Assembly (NCBI GenBank): GCA_041486695.1
Contig: JBGPLZ010000001.1
Coordinates: 60,913 to 124,912 of the forward strand
DNA length: 64,000 nucleotides
Reading direction: 5' to 3'
DNA from: Acidobacteriota bacterium
GTDB taxonomy: Bacteria > Acidobacteriota > Polarisedimenticolia > Gp22-AA2
The number at the start of each line of letters is the position of its first letter. Position 1 is the first letter of the stretch. Positions 8,901-18,290 of this stretch are shown one piece after another. A model generated the notes under the pieces. That model was not told the DNA's origin and ran no database searches. It saw nothing but the letters and a program-made list of their open reading frames with translations. The position numbers were made by a program, and so were the translations under genes.

Positions 8901-11062
8901 GCCCTCTCCACGACGATCTCCGAGAAATCGCCGACCCGAAGAAAGAGCCCGGCCAGCGACTGCAGCAGGGCCAGGCGGTTGTCGCGCACCTCCCGGTCCT
9001 CGGCCATGACCAGGACCTCGTCGAAGAACCGATCCAGGGCGGGTCGCAGCGCGGCGATACCCTTCAGCGCGCCGACAACGTCGCCCCGGCTCAGTGAGGC
9101 CTCGATCGAGGCGCGTCCCGTTTCCATCGCACCGTGGAGCGCACGCTCCGCCTCCTCGCGCAGTGCCTCGGATCGCAACGTCAGGGGCGCGCCTGGCGGC
9201 ACGATGTTCTTGATCCGCTTGTGGGCGAGGACCAGAGCCACGAAGTCAGCGTGGCTCCGGATGGCGTCCAGGGCCTGCATGCGCCGGAAGGCATCGAGCG
9301 GGTCGTCGCTGCCGGCCGCCAGCGCCGAGCGCACCGAGTCATGCCGCAGGCCCGCCTCTTCTCCAATGTGCTGCAGTCGTCCCGCGTAGAATTCCAGGAG
9401 CGCGGCGCGTGCCTGCGCCGCCGGGATCCGGCCTTCCGCCTCGAGGGGCTCATAGGCCAGAAGCGCCGCGTCGAGGCAGCGGCCGAGCGACAGGGATGCC
9501 CCGGCCTCGATGGCGATCCGGCACGATCCCTGCACCGAGCGCCGCAAGGCGTAAGGATCGCGCGACCCGGTCGGGAGAAGCCCGAGAAGAAAGATCCCCG
9601 CCTGGCTGTCGAAGCGATCGGCGAGCGAGAGGATCGCCCCTTCGGGCGTGGCAGGCAGCCGATCGTCGGCGCCCTTAGGCAGGTACTGATCGTAGAGGGC
9701 CCGGGCGACGATCTCCCCCAGCCCCTCTGCCCGGGCATACAGCCCGCCGACGATCCCTTCCAATTCCGGGAATTCTTTGACTACCTGAGTGGTGAGATCG
9801 CACTTGGAGAGCGCCGCGGCGCGGGCCGTCTGTGCACCATCGGTGGGACGGCCGGCGGCTGCGAAGGCCGGCCGGATCACCTCGACCAGGCGGGCGATCC
9901 TCGCCGTCTTGGCAGCGTACGAGCCGAGCTTGTCATGAAACGTCACCCGCTCCAGGGCGGGGGCCCGGGCGGCGAGAGGCGTGCGCGAATCCTCCTCGAA
10001 GAAGAAGCGGGCGTCGGCAAGTCGCGCGCGCAGCACCCACTCGTTGCCCCGGCGGATGGCGCCACTCCGATCTGACGGTACATCGGCGACCGTGAGGAAG
10101 CGGTTCAAGAGCGTCCCCGACATCGAGCGAAGGGCGAAATACTTCTGGTGATGGCGCATCGACGTCACCAGCACCTCGCCCGGCAAATCGAGGAAGGCGG
10201 CCTCGAAGCTGCCGGCGATCACCGTCGGCCACTCGACCAGATGCGTTACCTCGTCGAGCAGTTCAGCGTCGCCCGACTCGACGCCCACCCCGGACCCCGG
10301 CGGGGCGGCGATGCGGCCGCCGGCGGCGCCGGCCGCCGCCGCGAGATCCTTCTCGATCGTCGCCCGGCGCTCGCCGATGTCAACCAGGACGCCGTGGGTG
10401 CGCAATGTTTCGACGTACTCCGCGGCGTTCGGAATCGTGACCGCGGCGCCTCCCCGGTGTCGGTGCGCACGCGTCTCGCGGCTCGAGGGGACCCCGGCGA
10501 TCACCATCGGCACGATCTCCTCGCCGAACAGGGCCACGATGGTGTGGATGGGACGCACGAAGCGATGATCGCCCCGCCCCCAGCGCATCATTTTCGGAAA
10601 GGTCATCGCGCTGACGACCGGGGGAACGCCCTGTGCCAGAACTTCCGTCGCCGGACGCCCGGCGACCCGTCGCCTCATCCCCAGGAATTCCCCTTTCGGC
10701 GTGGTCATCCGGATCAAATCCTGGACGGAGACCCCCTGGGCGCGGGCGAAGCCCTCGGCCGCGCGGGTCGGCCGACCGGCGTCATCGAAGGCCGCCTTGA
10801 CCGCGGGACCGGTGGTGCTCACCTCCGCATCCGGCTCGCGCTCCAGCAGGCCCCGCACCAGGACGGCCAGACGGCGAGGGGTGCCCAGGGCCCTGAAGTG
10901 ACCCTCGATCGTGAGGCCGGACGTTGGAGCGAGGCTGGCGGAGACGACCCCATGAAGGCCCGTGACCAGATCGCGCAAGGCCCCGGCCATCATCCGCGCC
11001 GGGATCTCTTCGGTGCCGATTTCGAGCAGAAATATTCTCGGCCCGCCATGGCTGGCTTTCAT
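8897..11062 (-). CDS. glyS: glycine--tRNA ligase beta subunit
   Basis: GlyS family sequence. Start at Met 11062 ([21 protein letters not shown]) overlaps the glyQ stop in TGATG. The ORF upstream of this Met is low-complexity sequence overlapping glyQ. Confidence 0.9.
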   Translation of the reverse strand: MKASHGGPRIFLLEIGTEEIPARMMAGALRDLVTGLHGVVSASLAPTSGLTIEGHFRALGTPRRLAVLVRGLLEREPDAEVSTTGPAVKAAFDDAGRPTRAAEGFARAQGVSVQDLIRMTTPKGEFLGMRRRVAGRPATEVLAQGVPPVVSAMTFPKMMRWGRGDHRFVRPIHTIVALFGEEIVPMVIAGVPSSRETRAHRHRGGAAVTIPNAAEYVETLRTHGVLVDIGERRATIEKDLAAAAGAAGGRIAAPPGSGVGVESGDAELLDEVTHLVEWPTVIAGSFEAAFLDLPGEVLVTSMRHHQKYFALRSMSGTLLNRFLTVADVPSDRSGAIRRGNEWVLRARLADARFFFEEDSRTPLAARAPALERVTFHDKLGSYAAKTARIARLVEVIRPAFAAAGRPTDGAQTARAAALSKCDLTTQVVKEFPELEGIVGGLYARAEGLGEIVARALYDQYLPKGADDRLPATPEGAILSLADRFDSQAGIFLLGLLPTGSRDPYALRRSVQGSCRIAIEAGASLSLGRCLDAALLAYEPLEAEGRIPAAQARAALLEFYAGRLQHIGEEAGLRHDSVRSALAAGSDDPLDAFRRMQALDAIRSHADFVALVLAHKRIKNIVPPGAPLTLRSEALREEAERALHGAMETGRASIEASLSRGDVVGALKGIAALRPALDRFFDEVLVMAEDREVRDNRLALLQSLAGLFLRVGDFSEIVVERA

Positions 11063-11958
11063 CAGGCCGGACCTCCGGCAGACGCCTTCTTGAGAAGCGG
11101 GAATAGGAGGGCCTCTCTCTGTTTTAAGTAGGCCCTGGCGCAACCTACGGCCAGCCTGCGAATCCGCTGAATGAAGCCGGTCCGTTCCGTGACGCTGATC
11201 GCCCCGCGGGCCTCCAGCACGTTGAAGGTATGCGAGCAGCGCAGCACATAGTCGTACGCCGGCAGGACCAGCCTCTCTTTCAGGAGCCGATGCCCTTCCT
11301 CCTCGAACTCCTGGAACAGCCGCAGGAGCCGCGGCACGTCGGCCGCCTCGAAATTGTGGCGCGAGAACTCGATTTCTTCCTGCAGCCGGACATCCCCGTA
11401 GGTGATCCCGTTCGCCCACTCGAGATCGTAGACGTTCGCGACGTCGTTCAGGAACATGCCGATGCGCTCGGTGCCGTAGGTGATCTCGGCCGCGATCGGC
11501 TGGAGTTCGAGACCACCCGCCTGCTGGAAATAGGTGAACTGGCTGATCTCCATGCCGTCCATCGACACCTGCCAGCCGACCCCTGCGGCTCCGAGCGTCG
11601 GGGACTCCCAGTTGTCCTCCTCGAACTTGATGTCGTGATCGGCGGGATCGATCCCGAAGGCGGTGAGAGACTTCAGATAGAGTTCCTGCACATCGTCGGG
11701 AGAGGGCTTCAGGATCACCTGGAACTGGTAGTGCCGATACAGGCGGAACGGGTTCTTGCCGTAGCGACCGTCCACCGGACGTCGGGAGGGAGCGCAATAC
11801 GCGACGCGCCACGGCTCCGGCCCGAGGACGCGGAAGAAGGTGTCGGGGTGCATCGTGCCGGCCCCGGCCTCGACGTCATACGGCTGCTGCACGAGCGCCC
11901 CCTGCCGAGCCCAGAACTCCTGCAGGGCCAGGATCAACTGTTGAAAATTGAGGGCCAC
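11062..11958 (-). CDS. glyQ: glycine--tRNA ligase alpha subunit
   Basis: Highly conserved GlyQ sequence ([16 protein letters not shown]...[22 protein letters not shown]...). 298 aa. Confidence 0.9.
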   Translation of the reverse strand: MALNFQQLILALQEFWARQGALVQQPYDVEAGAGTMHPDTFFRVLGPEPWRVAYCAPSRRPVDGRYGKNPFRLYRHYQFQVILKPSPDDVQELYLKSLTAFGIDPADHDIKFEEDNWESPTLGAAGVGWQVSMDGMEISQFTYFQQAGGLELQPIAAEITYGTERIGMFLNDVANVYDLEWANGITYGDVRLQEEIEFSRHNFEAADVPRLLRLFQEFEEEGHRLLKERLVLPAYDYVLRCSHTFNVLEARGAISVTERTGFIQRIRRLAVGCARAYLKQREALLFPLLKKASAGGPA

Positions 11959-11981
11959 TTCGGACCTCCCGGCGCGGGCCT

Positions 11982-12770
11982 TCAGGCCATCCCGCGCAGC
12001 GCGCGCAGCACCTCGTAACTTCGGAACCGCCGCTCCGTGAGCTCGAAAAACAGCGTCTCGGCAAAGGCGCCGAGGCGCCGCAGATCAGATCCTCCAGGCT
12101 CTCGGCCGAGAAATGCCGTCGGCGGCTCCCGCAGGATCTCCGCCGCCACGGTCAACGCCCCGGGTGGCAGGGCCACATCCGACGGCCCGGCGCTGCCGGC
12201 GCAGCGGCTGCAGACCGGCGCACCCTCCCGGCGATCATAGCGTGCTCCACGCCTCCGCAGATCGGCCCCGCAACGCGCACAGGCCGCGAGCGATGGCAGG
12301 ACTCCGTGCAGCCGGAGAGTCCAGATCTCGAAGTACCGGCCTGCCCAATCGAGCCCGAGTCCGTCGCGCACCGCCCTCAGCACGGCATGCATTAGCCTAA
12401 AGAACGCCTCGTCTTCCTGTTGCTCCCGGGCGAAGGCGTCGGCGATCTCCGCGAAGCTCGCCAGGACCGCCCCGCGCTCCGGGTCTGCCTGCAACTCATA
12501 GAACGATTCCAGGAGCTCGGCGGCTTCCACGCGAGCCAGCTCCACCCCCTCGCGCTCGAACCAGCTCAGCCGGACTCGGCTCAGGAGCTCAAGATTGCTC
12601 CCGAACCGCCGCCGGCTTCGCCGGGCGCCCTTCGCGACGCCGCGGATCTTGCCCGTCGAGCGCGTCAGGAAAATCACCAGCCGGTCCGATTCCCCAAGCG
12701 GCTGGCTCCGCAGAACGAAGGCCTCGCTTTCCCTCAGCGGCACGCTAGGAGTGTGTCCGAGTAATAGCAT
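11982..12770 (-). CDS. recO: DNA repair protein RecO
   Basis: RecO N-terminal OB fold ([36 protein letters not shown]) and C-terminal Cys4 zinc motif (CARCGADL...CSRCAG). The annotated ATG (12768-12770) lies inside the terminal repeat of the adjacent MITE-like element. A GTG at 12743 is an alternative start and matches E. coli RecO in length. Confidence 0.8.
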   Translation of the reverse strand: MLLLGHTPSVPLRESEAFVLRSQPLGESDRLVIFLTRSTGKIRGVAKGARRSRRRFGSNLELLSRVRLSWFEREGVELARVEAAELLESFYELQADPERGAVLASFAEIADAFAREQQEDEAFFRLMHAVLRAVRDGLGLDWAGRYFEIWTLRLHGVLPSLAACARCGADLRRRGARYDRREGAPVCSRCAGSAGPSDVALPPGALTVAAEILREPPTAFLGREPGGSDLRRLGAFAETLFFELTERRFRSYEVLRALRGMA

Positions 12771-13021
12771 GGGTCGCGTTCGTGGCGCCGCGGGGTCGGC
12801 CGCGAGGCGCCGCGACGACCGCGATGCAAGTCATCGCGGAGGAGCGGCAACGACACGGATGGCCCCGCGCCGCCACGAACCCTTTGGGCACGTGGGGATT
12901 GCGGCCCCATGCTTCGTTGATCGTCGTCAACGATGCGACCATATCGTTTCCTCCTCGCGCCTCGCCTGGGACTCACAAGCCCCACGTGCGCGACCCATGC
13001 TATGACTCGGACACACTCCTA
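12746..13021. mobile_element. MITE-like element with 33-bp terminal inverted repeats
   Basis: Left 12746-12778 TAGGAGTGTGTCCGAGTAATAGCATGGGTCGCG; right 12989-13021 is its reverse complement with one mismatch. About 210 bp of GC-rich non-coding interior with further internal stems (GTTCGTGGCGCCGCGG / CCGCGCCGCCACGAAC; CCGCGATG-caagt-CATCGCGG). Sits in the era-recO intergenic space. Confidence 0.5.
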
Positions 13022-13294
13022 CGAATCCGTCGGCCCGGTCCCTCATCCCCCGACCAGCCGGGGCCCGGCCAGACCGAAAAAGGCCAGGAGGCCCAGGAGG
13101 TCGACCGCCGTCGTGACGAACGGGCTTGAAGACGTCGGCCAGATCGGCCGCACGGACCTTCTGCAGCATGTTGAGGAGGTGACTCGTGGCGCCGCGGCGG
13201 AGAAGCTTCCTGACCGACTCCACCAGGAATGTCGTGTCTTTCATGGCCTCCGCCCCGAAACGGCGGCCATTCTATCCCAAGGAAGGGGTTTCTC

Positions 13295-14242
13295 CTATGT
13301 CGGGGGGAGACCGAGGAGCCTCAGGAGCGACAAGTCGTCGCGCCAGCCCTCGCGCACCTTCACCCAGAGCGCCAGGTGAACCCGCGCGTGGAGCAGCGCT
13401 TCGATGGAGTGTCGTGCACTGGTGCCGATCGCCTTCATCATTGAGCCGCCTTCGCCGATCAAGATCCCTTTCTGTGACTCCTTGTCCACGTACACCGTCG
13501 CCCGAACCCGCATCAGGCCGGAGGGATCCTTCTCGACCGCTTCGATCACCACGGCGGCGGCGTGCGGCACCTCCTGTCGCGTCTTCTGAAACACCTGCTC
13601 GCGGATCAGCTCGGCCATCGCCAGGCGTTCGGGAAGGTCGGTGAGCATTTCCGGGGGGAAGTGGGGCGGCCCCGGCGGCATCCGATCAAGGAGCAGGCGT
13701 TCCAGTCGATCGCAATTCTCTCCGGTCTTGGCCGACAGAGGTACGATCTCCTCGAACCGCTCGAGCGCCCCTGCTTCCTGCATGATCGGCAGCAGCTTCT
13801 CCTTGGACATGCGATCGATCTTGTTGAGCAGGAGGAGGGTCCTGGATCCCGCCTGACGCAGGAGGTCGAACACGAACCGGTCGCCGGGACCGACGCCGTC
13901 GGCAGCGTCGACCAGAACGGCGACGAGATCGACCTCCTTCAACAGGCGGGTCGACATCTGAACCATCTCCTCATTCATGCGATAGCGAGGCTTGTGGATA
14001 CCCGGAGTGTCGATGAAGACCACCTGACATCCCTCGCGGTGGAGTATGCCGCGCACGGGGAAGCGCGTGGTTTGCGGAACGTCCGAGACGATCGACAGCT
14101 TGGCTCCGACCAGGCGGTTCATGAGCGTTGACTTGCCCACGTTGGCCCGCCCGACGAGGGCGACGAAGCCGCACCGAAACCCTTCAGGCACGGATGCCGA
14201 CCCCGGTGCGGGCGGGTCGCCGGGACCCTGCGGATCGCTCAC
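13295..14242 (-). CDS. era: GTPase Era
   Basis: G1 GRANVGKSTL, G3 DTPG, G4 NKID, C-terminal KH domain. Start placed at GTG 14242 (SD GGAGAGG 5 nt upstream; GTGA overlap with the ybeY stop). The ORF track's ATG at 14314 would overlap ybeY by 76 nt. Confidence 0.85.
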   Translation of the reverse strand: MSDPQGPGDPPAPGSASVPEGFRCGFVALVGRANVGKSTLMNRLVGAKLSIVSDVPQTTRFPVRGILHREGCQVVFIDTPGIHKPRYRMNEEMVQMSTRLLKEVDLVAVLVDAADGVGPGDRFVFDLLRQAGSRTLLLLNKIDRMSKEKLLPIMQEAGALERFEEIVPLSAKTGENCDRLERLLLDRMPPGPPHFPPEMLTDLPERLAMAELIREQVFQKTRQEVPHAAAVVIEAVEKDPSGLMRVRATVYVDKESQKGILIGEGGSMMKAIGTSARHSIEALLHARVHLALWVKVREGWRDDLSLLRLLGLPPT

Positions 14243-14763
14243 GATTTCCTCTCCGGGCGCCGGCTCCGTGGCGCCCTTGCCGCCGTCGTGTGGACGGCCG
14301 GTGTCTCTCCCCATGGCAGCCGGCGGCTGTCGAGCGATACGCGCGCCGTCTGGCGCAGCAGACGTTCCTCCATCCGCCGCATGGTGCCGTCATCCGTCTC
14401 GTGATCGTAACCCAGGAGATGCAGATATCCATGGGTGACCAAAAGCGCCAGCTCGTCGCGAAGCCGCCAGCCGGCGCGGCGCGCCTGACGCTCCGCCCGC
14501 GGCAGGGAGATGGCGATCTCGCCGAGATGCGGCCGCCCGGGCTCGAGGTCGGTGGCGGAGGGGAACGACAACACGTCCGTGGTCTGGTCCTTGCCTCGAT
14601 AGGCACGGTTCAAACGACGAATCGAGCTGTCCGAAGTCAGCAGCAAGGTGACTCCCGCATCGCTTCGTCCCGTGGCCCGCCGCAGGCGTCCGAGCAGACG
14701 CCGACAGGCCGGGCCAAGCCTCCGGCCTCCACGAACAGCGGCGACGAGATCTATCGGCCCCAT
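14239..14763 (-). CDS. ybeY: rRNA maturation endoribonuclease YbeY
   Basis: Metal-binding motif HGYLHLLGYDHE. 174 aa with a short basic C-terminal tail. Confidence 0.85.
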   Translation of the reverse strand: MGPIDLVAAVRGGRRLGPACRRLLGRLRRATGRSDAGVTLLLTSDSSIRRLNRAYRGKDQTTDVLSFPSATDLEPGRPHLGEIAISLPRAERQARRAGWRLRDELALLVTHGYLHLLGYDHETDDGTMRRMEERLLRQTARVSLDSRRLPWGETPAVHTTAARAPRSRRPERKS

Positions 14764-17117
14764 CCCTTGAATCGAGGCGGGACATCCTCGTGCGTCCGGC
14801 TGCCCCGAAATGTCCTCTCAGGAATCTTGTCGAAATCGAATCCGGGATAATCGATTCGATGATGGTAGATGCTGCTGAGCGTCCTGAGGAAGGCCGCGCT
14901 CACCTTCTCGAGGTCGGCGAACGTCAGATCGCATTGATCGAACTGGTCGTCGAGGACGACGTCCGAGATGATCTTGCGAATCAGCCCTTTGAAGCGTGCC
15001 GGCGAGGGGTCCTCAAGGGTTCGAGCCGCCGCCTCGATCGAGTCCGAGAGCATGAAGATCGCCGCCTCGCGGTTCTGTGGCTTGGGTCCCGGGTAGCGAT
15101 AGTCGGATTCGCGCACTTCCTCCACGTCGTGCCTCTCGTTGCGCTTCGCCTTCTGGAAGAAGAAGTTAATCTTTCTCGTTCCGTGATGCTGCGGGATGAT
15201 GTCCAGCACCTGCCGCGGCAGGCCGTAACTCCTGGCCAGCTCGTATCCCTCCTTGACGTGACTGGCGATCACCAGCGCACTCATATGGGGGCTGAGGGTA
15301 TCGTGCCGGTTATCGCCGGTCCTCTGATTCTCGATGAAATAGTCAGGCTTGAGCATCTTGCCGACATCGTGGTAGTAGGCGGCCACACGACAGAATAGCG
15401 CATTGGCGCCGATGGCCTCGGCCGCCGCCTCGGCCAGCGTTCCGACGATCACGCTGTGATTGTAGGACCCGGGAGCCTCGACGGCGAGCCTGCGCAGCAG
15501 CGGATTGTTGAGGTTGGAGAGCTCGAGCAGACGAATGTCGGTCAGGATGTTGAAGAGCGACTCCAGGATCGGCAGCAGGAATGACACCAGCACCGCCACC
15601 AGAATGCCGCCGAGAAGACCGCACGACATCTGCAGGAGGACGTGGGAGACCGGGACAGCCCTCCCTGTGGCGCTCAGGAGCCCCAGGACGGCCACCGCGT
15701 TCACGCTGCCGACCGCCAGTCCGGCTTTGATCAGGCTGGTCCGCTGGTGAGTGGCGGTGATGCCGTAGATCGCCGCCAGGTTGCTGATCAGGCTGAACAG
15801 CACCAGAGGCAGATCCCATTCCATCATCATTCCAAACAGCGGCAGGTGAAACAACGCGTAGGCCATCCCCACACGGGCATTGGCCAAAAGGGTGATGAGC
15901 ATCGCCCCGGCGGCCACCGGCATCATGGCGCGGTAGAAGGCCGGATTGGCGTACGATTCAACCCGAAGCGTGTCGACCACGTGCTCATACAGCCAGACGA
16001 AACCTTGATCCAGGTAGAGGCTCAGGACGATCACGACCACCATCAGCGCGAAGAGGTGTCTCTCGTTCTTGTACGACTTCTGGTAAAAGAAGACATATCG
16101 CGAGATGAAGAAAAGGAGCAGGCCGATGAAGAGCAGGCTGGCGAGCATCGGCCGCGCTGCGCCATCCTTGCCGCGGGCATCGTTGAAAGCCCGGAGGGTG
16201 CGCACCGCATCGTCCCCTACCACTTCACCCGCCTCGAGGATCACCTTGCCGCGGGGGATCCGGACGATGAGCGGCTCGATCCGGGCCACGGCCTCCTGGC
16301 GCCGGGCCTCGGTCAATGGACCATTCATGAGAAGGTTGGGGCCGATCAGGACGTCCAGGAGCGGGCCGAGCGCCTCGCGCTCTGCCGGTCCCGCTCCGGC
16401 CTTTGCGAGAACGTCGACGGCGGCCCGGCGCGCCTCATCGACAGAAAGGATCTCCTCGAGGCGGTCGACCGTCCGCTCGCGGCCGGTGGAGGGATCCCGC
16501 AGGATCACACGGCCGGACCGCGGCCAGGAGGCGCGGGCACCGGCGATATCGTGCGCGAAGACGGAGACGATGGCCCGCAGCAGGCGCGTCTCAATTCGAG
16601 CCTCGAACCGCGCGGCGGCCAGGAACTCGAGAGAGGACTGCGGAACCCGTAGCTCGCCGTCCGCTCGCAGCCGGCGGGCGATCGCCTCCGGGGAGGCGGC
16701 GCTCCCGCGCTTCGACTGCGGCGCGGCCAGCGCGCGCGCTCCGTCCTCGAAGAGCCGTTCCACCGTCGTGCTCGACTCATCGAGGAGGGCGCCATTGCGG
16801 TCGTAGACCGGCGGCACGGCGGCCCGGGCCGCCTCCTGGACATCGTGCGTGGCAATGCGATCGACGAATTCGACCGTGGCCGGTGCCTGGATCTCCCGGG
16901 ACACGACCGCGCCCGCCTCCGGGATCGGCAACGAGGGACCGATGCGTGGCGCGAGCACCCAGGGCGACAGGCCAACGAGAAATAGGACGCTCCAGATCCA
17001 GCGGACCTCGAACAGCCGCTCCAGGGTCGCACTGAGTCGGGCGCGCAGGGCGACGAGCCGGCCAGGGCGCCGCGCTCGCTCGCGTTCTCTAAGGGGTGGG
17101 GCGGGGGTTTCTGCCAT
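14751..17117 (-). CDS. 7TM receptor with intracellular HD-type phosphohydrolase (PgpH/YqfF-like)
   Basis: Multiple TM helices followed by an HD domain (HSVIVGTLAEAAAEAIGANALFCRVAAYYHDVGK). Conserved phoH-pgpH-ybeY-era neighbourhood. Start taken at Met 17117, just after the phoH stop. Confidence 0.8.
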   Translation of the reverse strand: MAETPAPPLRERERARRPGRLVALRARLSATLERLFEVRWIWSVLFLVGLSPWVLAPRIGPSLPIPEAGAVVSREIQAPATVEFVDRIATHDVQEAARAAVPPVYDRNGALLDESSTTVERLFEDGARALAAPQSKRGSAASPEAIARRLRADGELRVPQSSLEFLAAARFEARIETRLLRAIVSVFAHDIAGARASWPRSGRVILRDPSTGRERTVDRLEEILSVDEARRAAVDVLAKAGAGPAEREALGPLLDVLIGPNLLMNGPLTEARRQEAVARIEPLIVRIPRGKVILEAGEVVGDDAVRTLRAFNDARGKDGAARPMLASLLFIGLLLFFISRYVFFYQKSYKNERHLFALMVVVIVLSLYLDQGFVWLYEHVVDTLRVESYANPAFYRAMMPVAAGAMLITLLANARVGMAYALFHLPLFGMMMEWDLPLVLFSLISNLAAIYGITATHQRTSLIKAGLAVGSVNAVAVLGLLSATGRAVPVSHVLLQMSCGLLGGILVAVLVSFLLPILESLFNILTDIRLLELSNLNNPLLRRLAVEAPGSYNHSVIVGTLAEAAAEAIGANALFCRVAAYYHDVGKMLKPDYFIENQRTGDNRHDTLSPHMSALVIASHVKEGYELARSYGLPRQVLDIIPQHHGTRKINFFFQKAKRNERHDVEEVRESDYRYPGPKPQNREAAIFMLSDSIEAAARTLEDPSPARFKGLIRKIISDVVLDDQFDQCDLTFADLEKVSAAFLRTLSSIYHHRIDYPGFDFDKIPERTFRGSRTHEDVPPRFKGWGR

Positions 17118-17127
17118 GCGCCCCCTC

Positions 17128-18162
17128 TCAATGCTTCCCGGTCGGGGCGGCCGCCGCCGTCTTGATTCGGCGCCCCCGTCGGGCCGGCGGCCGCCGAGCG
17201 GGCGCCGGGGTCGGCTTTTGTCCGTTGCGATAGGCCTCGTAGGCCTTGATGATGCTCTGAACGAGAGGGTGCCGGACCACATCCGAATCGTCGAAACGCA
17301 CGAACCTGATTTCGGGGATCCGCTCGACCACCGATTGTGCTTCGATAAGTCCGGAGGTCCGTCCCGGCGGCAGATCGATCTGGGTGATGTCGCCGGTGAT
17401 CACCGCCTTGGCGTTCGCCCCCAGCCGGGTCAGAAACATCTTCATCTGCTCCGAAGTCGTGTTCTGGGCCTCATCGAGGATGACGAAGGAGTTGTTCAAC
17501 GTCCGGCCCCGCATGAAGGCCAGAGGGGCAATCTCGATCGCTCCCTTCTCCAGCTGGGCGTTGGCTCGATCCCGATCGAGCAGATGGAAGAGGGCGTCGT
17601 AGAGCGGCCGGAAGTAGGGATCGACCTTTTCGGCCATGTCACCCGGGAGAAACCCGAGCTTCTCGCCCGCCTCCACCGCCGGGCGACAGAGGATGATCCG
17701 TTCCACCTTTTTCTCGGTCAGATGGGCGATGGCGGAAGCGACCGCCAGGTAGGTCTTGCCCGTGCCGGCGGGGCCTATGGCGAAGACGAGGTCGTGGTCG
17801 CGCATCGCGTCGAGGTAGATCTTCTGATGCGAGCCCTTGGGGGTGACGTAGCGCCCGTTCGTGGCTCGCAGTCGCCCGGCGCCGAAGAAATCCTGGAGGA
17901 CGGCGCCGCGGTTATCGCGCAACAGCCGGAGCGCGATTTCGACATCCCCCTTCTTGAGGCTGTAACCGCCGCGAGCCACGGCGGCGAGCTGGCCGATCAA
18001 GTTGGCGGCTAGTGCCTCCTTGTCGGCATCACCCTGGATCGCCACGTCGGTGCCACGCGCCGAGATCCGGACGCCGAGATTGGTCTCGATGGTCCGGAGG
18101 TTCTCGTCGTAGTGTCCGAAGAGGTCGATCAGGACTTCCTCAGGAACCGCCAACCTGCGCAT
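17128..18162 (-). CDS. phoH: PhoH-like ATPase
   Basis: Walker A GPAGTGKTYLAV, PhoH family. Confidence 0.85.
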   Translation of the reverse strand: MRRLAVPEEVLIDLFGHYDENLRTIETNLGVRISARGTDVAIQGDADKEALAANLIGQLAAVARGGYSLKKGDVEIALRLLRDNRGAVLQDFFGAGRLRATNGRYVTPKGSHQKIYLDAMRDHDLVFAIGPAGTGKTYLAVASAIAHLTEKKVERIILCRPAVEAGEKLGFLPGDMAEKVDPYFRPLYDALFHLLDRDRANAQLEKGAIEIAPLAFMRGRTLNNSFVILDEAQNTTSEQMKMFLTRLGANAKAVITGDITQIDLPPGRTSGLIEAQSVVERIPEIRFVRFDDSDVVRHPLVQSIIKAYEAYRNGQKPTPAPARRPPARRGRRIKTAAAAPTGKH

Positions 18163-18213
18163 CCGGTCGGGTGTGACCCCCCCCCATCCTGCGGGCTTTG
18201 AAGGCAGGGTCGT

Positions 18214-18242
18214 AAGTTAACACCAGGATCCCCTCTTGTCAA
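18214..18242 (-). promoter_or_regulatory. candidate sigma-70 promoter for the phoH...slt gene string
   Basis: Minus-strand TTGACA (18242-18237), 17 nt spacer, TAACTT (18219-18214), about 50 nt upstream of the phoH ATG. Only non-coding gap at the head of the co-oriented string. Confidence 0.35.
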
Positions 18243-18290
18243 TTCCGCGACGGATCGCGAGAAATAATCAAGCTACTGATGGGAATGGAC

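Noticed and set aside
6135-9389. 1084-aa ORF on the plus strand
   Set aside because: Entirely antisense to ppdK/glyS, which have unmistakable family motifs. The translation is Arg/Pro/Gly/Ala-rich low-complexity sequence, typical of spurious ORFs in 70% GC DNA.
12746-13021. Considered whether the inverted-repeat element is a known structured RNA (6S, RNase P, SRP, tmRNA)
   Set aside because: None of the signature motifs of those RNAs (such as the RNase P P4 AGGAAAGUCC, the SRP GGAA/AGCAGC domain IV, or the tmRNA tag ORF) are present. Long perfect terminal inverted repeats fit a MITE/REP-type repeat better.
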